Assembly (NCBI GenBank): GCA_964187785.1
Contig: OZ076417.1
Coordinates: forward strand, 17,422,001 to 17,486,000
Direction: 5' to 3'
DNA length: 64,000 nucleotides
Source: Amphiscolops sp. MND2022
Taxonomy: Eukaryota
The notes below the pieces were generated by a model that saw only the letters and a program-made list of their open reading frames with translations, ran no database searches and was not told the DNA's origin. The translations under genes were made by a program, and so were the position numbers. Shown here one piece after another: positions 58,971-64,000 of the stretch (position 1 is its first letter; every line of letters starts with the position of its first letter).

Positions 58971-61900
58971 AAAATTGTATTATTTGTAGTAGTTGCATTT
59001 AAGATTCGAGGCTGAACGAAGGACCGGTACTAAGGGTTTATGATTCTGACCTGATCTAGACCATTTATGGTTCCACCTTTCTCTTACTAAGGAATTCGGT
59101 TTGTTTTCTATGGTGCCAGATATGATTCATAACTATGACAACCCTAGTCGGAATTACTTGAAATTTTTACATGCTGCATGGAAACATGGAGGCTAATTTT
59201 ATCTTACGAAACATGGAAAATTCCGGGAGCCTGCGGGGAAACATTTTGTAGGATTACAATGCAGCCTACACTATTTGAATTAAAACTGAAAACATTTACA
59301 CCTCTTCACAGCGTAAAGTTCTCAATTAAGTGCCTTATGTAATCACCGTTATTCAAATAGTGAATATGACGCTACTTTGAAATTTATGTGACTGAAGTTT
59401 ATTTGCATTAAAATTGCGGTGAAAATGATGAAGGTCCTAGCTGCTTTCAAAATTAGAACGGCGTCTTAATGAGACCTGCAAACCTTTGCGGCGCAGAGTT
59501 GCCGCCAAATTTTAGATGCACTTTATAGACAGCTTGATAAAAATAGATCGAATCAGTGAAGTTTTATTGCATGGAAGTTTCTTTGAGATTTTTATTAAAA
59601 AATGGAAAATTAGCTTGGTAACCTACAAAAACATGTAAAAAGTTCAAGCAGTTTCAACCAGGGAAGCCCGAAAGTAATCTTTGTTTTTCATATAAAACAT
59701 TTTTTTATTCCAAACAGTGTAACGTCCACCAGTCAACACCAAAAATTCGATCGAGGACCAAAAAGTGTGCGAATCAAAATGGCCGACCTAGCAGGTCGTT
59801 GAAAGCAAAAAAGAACAACAGAGAACGCAACAAAGAGACCCCCCCTCAGACGAAAAAGAGAAAAAGACGACACACCAACTGAGAGACACATTGTGAGACC
59901 CGGAATTGTGCCATCATTCTCGGAAATTGCAAGTTCTTTGCGACGAAATGGCCCGGGATCCAGATATCCCATATTCAAAGAAGAACTGAAAAACTGTAGA
60001 ATCGACGAAAGAACGCTGGAAATGCCAATTTTGCTTAATCTGGATGTTATTATTGTTTGTTTGCAGATTTATGGCAATGCAGGATCTGCTAGATCCTTGT
60101 GCTGGTACTTTTGAAGGTTATTTTCCTAAAAGAATGCTTTCAGACTAACACCCCGTTTTCGGACCTTGGAGGCATGTAGGACTGCAGGAACTCTTTAGGA
60201 TACGTTTTTACATGCTTGTGGGACGTGTCCGGACTTTGAGTGTGCCGGCACGTCGCCACGGAGCTCTAATATGAGGTGTCTCCCCGGCGTCCTGGAAAAG
60301 TCCCTACTGAGACCTTTTAGGGATGAAAAGCTGATGTTCAGGTTGTTATAAGACACCGGTCTCTTGTTAAAGCATCCTGAGCAATATCCATGTTCTAGAA
60401 TGTAGCTGCTAGCTTGACGTTACAACTAGGATTGTTTTTATGGCGCCCCACAAGGGACCTGTTTCCATCTTCTCGTCATTATAGGAGTTTTTCCTGCTTT
60501 CCGGCCCTGTTAGGTCCGGATCTAGGAAAATTTGTTGGAGAGTCCTAGATTGTTTTTATTGCCTTAGTCAAGCCTGGTAGGTTTTTTACGAACTGAATTC
60601 CTGCGTTTCCTGCGTATTTCCGGGGTCTGAGATGAGAAATAACCGTTTAATTACAAAGTACCGTTTCGACACCGTTTCTCTGTATCGAGAATAACCATCC
60701 GGCTTAACCGGATTTTGTTTTAAAGGGTTTTGTAGCCTCATTTCAGCTTAGTTGTAATGTATGGGAACTGCAGGGACGTGGTGTGAGCGCCTCCACTAGC
60801 TGTGACGACGGAGCGACGTCCTTCACGTCAACACCCCCTTAACCCACTGGTGAACAACTGCAAGTCGACTGGGTAACAACCTCCCTTTTTGTTTTTGTGG
60901 CTTTAAAAGCCTATTCCCAGGCGTACCCTCAATAGTAAGAACTGAGAAAAATACCCACTGGGTATTTCGATCGTTTTCTTAAAAAAACATAGCGAGTTAT
61001 CTATAACACCTGATATAGCTCGATTCTTGATACAGTTAATATCAAAAGTCAAAATTTTTCAGAAGAGGGTACGGCCAGTGGGAATACGATTGTTCCATCA
61101 GACCTGCCAGGTCAGGAACAGAAAACTTTGCTGGGCTAAATTGCTTGCGATTTGTTTGAAAAAACATCAATTTTGGCCTAAACGACCAAAATTGGTGAGG
61201 GCGAAGCCTTGGGCGTTTGTTCCCAAGCTTTTAGACCGGCCCAAAAACGTTATACCCGAGCTTGGTAGTACAAAACACTACTGCCAAGACGTTTTTTACC
61301 CTTCCCCAATAAAAGTTGATAGTTTAACCCTCGACTTTCTTTTGTTATACATAGACCTGAGTAGAGGACCCCATAGACCTGAGAGTTATAACATCAAAAC
61401 TAATAATTGAAACAACACCAGTCCCCTGAATAAAAATATTACACCTTGTTACGTCACGTTTAGAACTATCCCGAACATCTGGGAACCGAGACATAAAAAG
61501 TTCCCAGGGAAAATACGTATTTTTCACATTGTTTCCAGAGTGTAAAAAGTGTAACTTGGAAATTTTTTGACAGACCTTGGAACCCAGGTTTTGCTTGCCT
61601 ATTTTCTGTTAGTATAGAGTAAAAAATTGCTAACGCAGAAAACCGCGAGTGATTCCAACCAGTGGTTGCCGAGAAATAGCCAAAAACGTGCTATTTTAGT
61701 GACAATATCGGGACATTGGTGTAGTGCACCCAGAGCAGGTCGAAATCTCTCCTGGTAGGAGTAGCCAAAAAACGGATTGCACCATGGTGTAGATCGCAAA
61801 AGGTTACGTTAGTGGTGTAGTTTTCGTAGCGCTACCATTACTAGTAATTGAGAAATCTTAGCCGCAGTTTTGCTCAAAAATTGTACGAAATTGTCGAAAA

Positions 61901-63429
61901 AAATCGAGTTTTAGTTGAGCATAGTGCTTTACCTTGGAGGTACCCCAGCATTAAGATTCTTGCATTTTCGTAGGTACGGCACTAGATCCCGACAATTTGT
62001 GCATTTTGAGCAGCTTGCTACTGTCCAACTCGGAGAAATTGACATTTTTGTGAATTTAGACCCCAGAAAGTGACCAATATGGTACATCATAGTTTTGTCG
62101 ACTCGGATTGCTGAATTTTGATCTGGGCACCCTGCCATTTGTTACGTAGGCATAATTTACCCTTGCATACAAAATTTCACGTAGCTAGGAAGCCTAGAAG
62201 GCGAGTTTGACAGACTTGTGTAAATTTCACAACATTCACAACAAGTCACGTATAATGAATTTTGGCGCAATCGGCGGTGATTTTCCCACAATTTGGCCAC
62301 TATAGTATACCGTGTTAACTTATAAGGTCGGTACCAGCTCTAGAAGTGATTTTCCCCTTTCCCAGACGTGCAAATTGGTGACAAAATTACCGATTTTGTG
62401 AATTCCTACGAAAAATATCAAATCTTTCGTAGGTGTAGTCGCAAGGGAAGGCTCGAGCGACCCTAGTTCAACACCAGGCACCCATAGCACGTCTTGTTGA
62501 GACAATCAGAATAGAGCTAGCCAAACCCTAAGATCTTGGGTTCGTCAAAAAACTGTCTACGAGACGTAGAAGTGAAAAACACCAAAATCGTGCTCTCTCC
62601 ACCTACGGCCACCAAAGTCATCTAAGTGTGAATTAATAGCTGCAGCCACATACATTTCGAGTGGGAATTACCGTGTGAAAGCTAGAACGCATTTAGTAGC
62701 TTCCCAGGAAACGTAGACTTTGGACGCGGCGCGTCTCGAAACAGAGCATCAACAAGAACAGTAGCATTGAGAAGTGCTAAAATCCAAGTTTCCCGGGATC
62801 GCAATGTGATCAGAATAGTAAAACACCCTCGCTAGCTAGTGTCCCAGCATCTACTCACCCCAAGGTCTACTTCCCGAATTCCCTTTAGCAGTAACCCTAC
62901 TTGTACTCTCCAGAAATAAGGCAGTGCGAGTGAAATAAAGTACGCTCGGAGAAGTGCAGTGTGACGATTCGTAGGAAATATCTCCCGGAAGTCCAGCCAA
63001 CGTACTAAAATCTTTTTGTTCATTCCAGTTACATAGTCTGCGGCTGGGCGGCTGGATAAAACCTAGTTTAGAGTGAGTTAGCCTTAGCATCCTCAAAGTA
63101 GTATCTCAAAAAAACTTGTGCTCAATCTTAGTAGAATAACTATCTCCAATAAGTGGGGAAGTAAACCTTTTCGTTCTGATCAGTGGTGGTTAGCACCAGT
63201 GCATGTAATCGGGAGCCTAGAGTTTGTGAGAGCCAACTAGTCCTAACTTAGAACATAGAAGACAATCACGAGCTACAAGATACAATAGCTTAGTTAGAAT
63301 ATTAGAGGAAGTGTAATCCAAGCTTCGAAATTAGTTAACTGTTGTTCCAATTTGTGAAGGGGAAGGAGTGAGTGGAAAGCCAAAGAAAAGTTTAGTTAAG
63401 TGAAAGAGCAAAAGATAGGACGAACGAAA

Positions 63430-64000
63430 ATGAGTTGGAGTGATTGGGAATTCTCAATACCGTCGAATGAAGCATTTTGTGAAACTAATGGCTTCCACGC
63501 CACCAACCCATTCAAAGCAACAAGAGGAAAACAGCCCAGTGTGCACAGACTATCTAACTGCAGTGGAAACCTACAAAGACACATTCAAAAGATATGGACG
63601 CCAAGACTTTGCCAACCAGCTGCCAGAGCAATGCCCGGTGGGCTCCTCCGCAGAAAGACAGGCAGCGTGACAGGAAGAAAACTCTACCGGTGGCAGCACA
63701 ACATCTGTAGTATCTACCATGATTCCAGAAGATACCCCGCAAGTTACCACAGCAGCGAACAAAGATACATCCTCTAATGACGCTAATCATACCAATCGGG
63801 TATCAGAAGACAATATAATTGTTCCCGACAATGACGTAACGATGCCACCAAGCAGTCCGGAAAACATACCAGTATCCATATCCCAGTCAGAGGTAGCTGA
63901 TGTAGAATTAGAACTCAATGAATTGCCCAGCGTGAATCCCAAGAACTGCCGTCAATGGATATGCTACCAGAAACACTAGACGAAGCGTCACAAGAACAAA
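63430..64000 (+). pseudogene. Interrupted low-complexity reading frame at the window edge, possibly a decayed retroelement gag/ORF1 N-terminus
   Basis: Track ORFs 63440-63670 and 63719-63979 are in the same frame, separated by a single TGA. No diagnostic motif. Confidence 0.3.

Noticed and set aside
59718-60878. Solo LTR (TGTAAC...TAACA)
   Set aside because: The flanks (AACAG versus ACCTC) are not a TSD, and there is no second copy in the window.

Overview
Eukaryotic, AT-rich, repeat-dense genomic DNA, probably from an invertebrate animal (inferred from GT-AG introns and the transposon complement). I found no host protein-coding gene. The main feature is a young, apparently intact 16.1-kb Ty3/Gypsy LTR retrotransposon on the minus strand (4730-20821), with 1451-bp LTRs differing at only 2 positions that I could find and a 5-bp TCCAT target-site duplication. 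Its architecture is unusual in four ways. (1) About 217 codons of gag lie inside the LTR, so the PBS is translated. (2) Pol is reached by a -1 frameshift at A AAA AAC. (3) An acidic orphan ORF sits in the env position and reads through an atypical PPT into U3. (4) Between pol and the 3' LTR there is an ANTISENSE five-exon gene of about 1250 aa (8482-12867) with clean GT-AG introns. By eye it encodes an NLS, a BED-like zinc finger and a catalytically degenerate hAT-transposase-like body, i.e. an apparently domesticated DNA-transposase gene carried as retrotransposon cargo. The rest of the window holds: a decayed Mag-like Gypsy element (37929-44535) interrupted by a 551-bp palindrome; a 5285-bp tandem duplication whose breakpoint lies 13 bp inside that element's LTR; a DINE-1/HINE-like non-autonomous Helentron family; MITEs; tRNA-derived SINEs; a LINE 3' fragment; and a higher-order minisatellite. 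All protein-family assignments are by-eye motif recognition, not database results.
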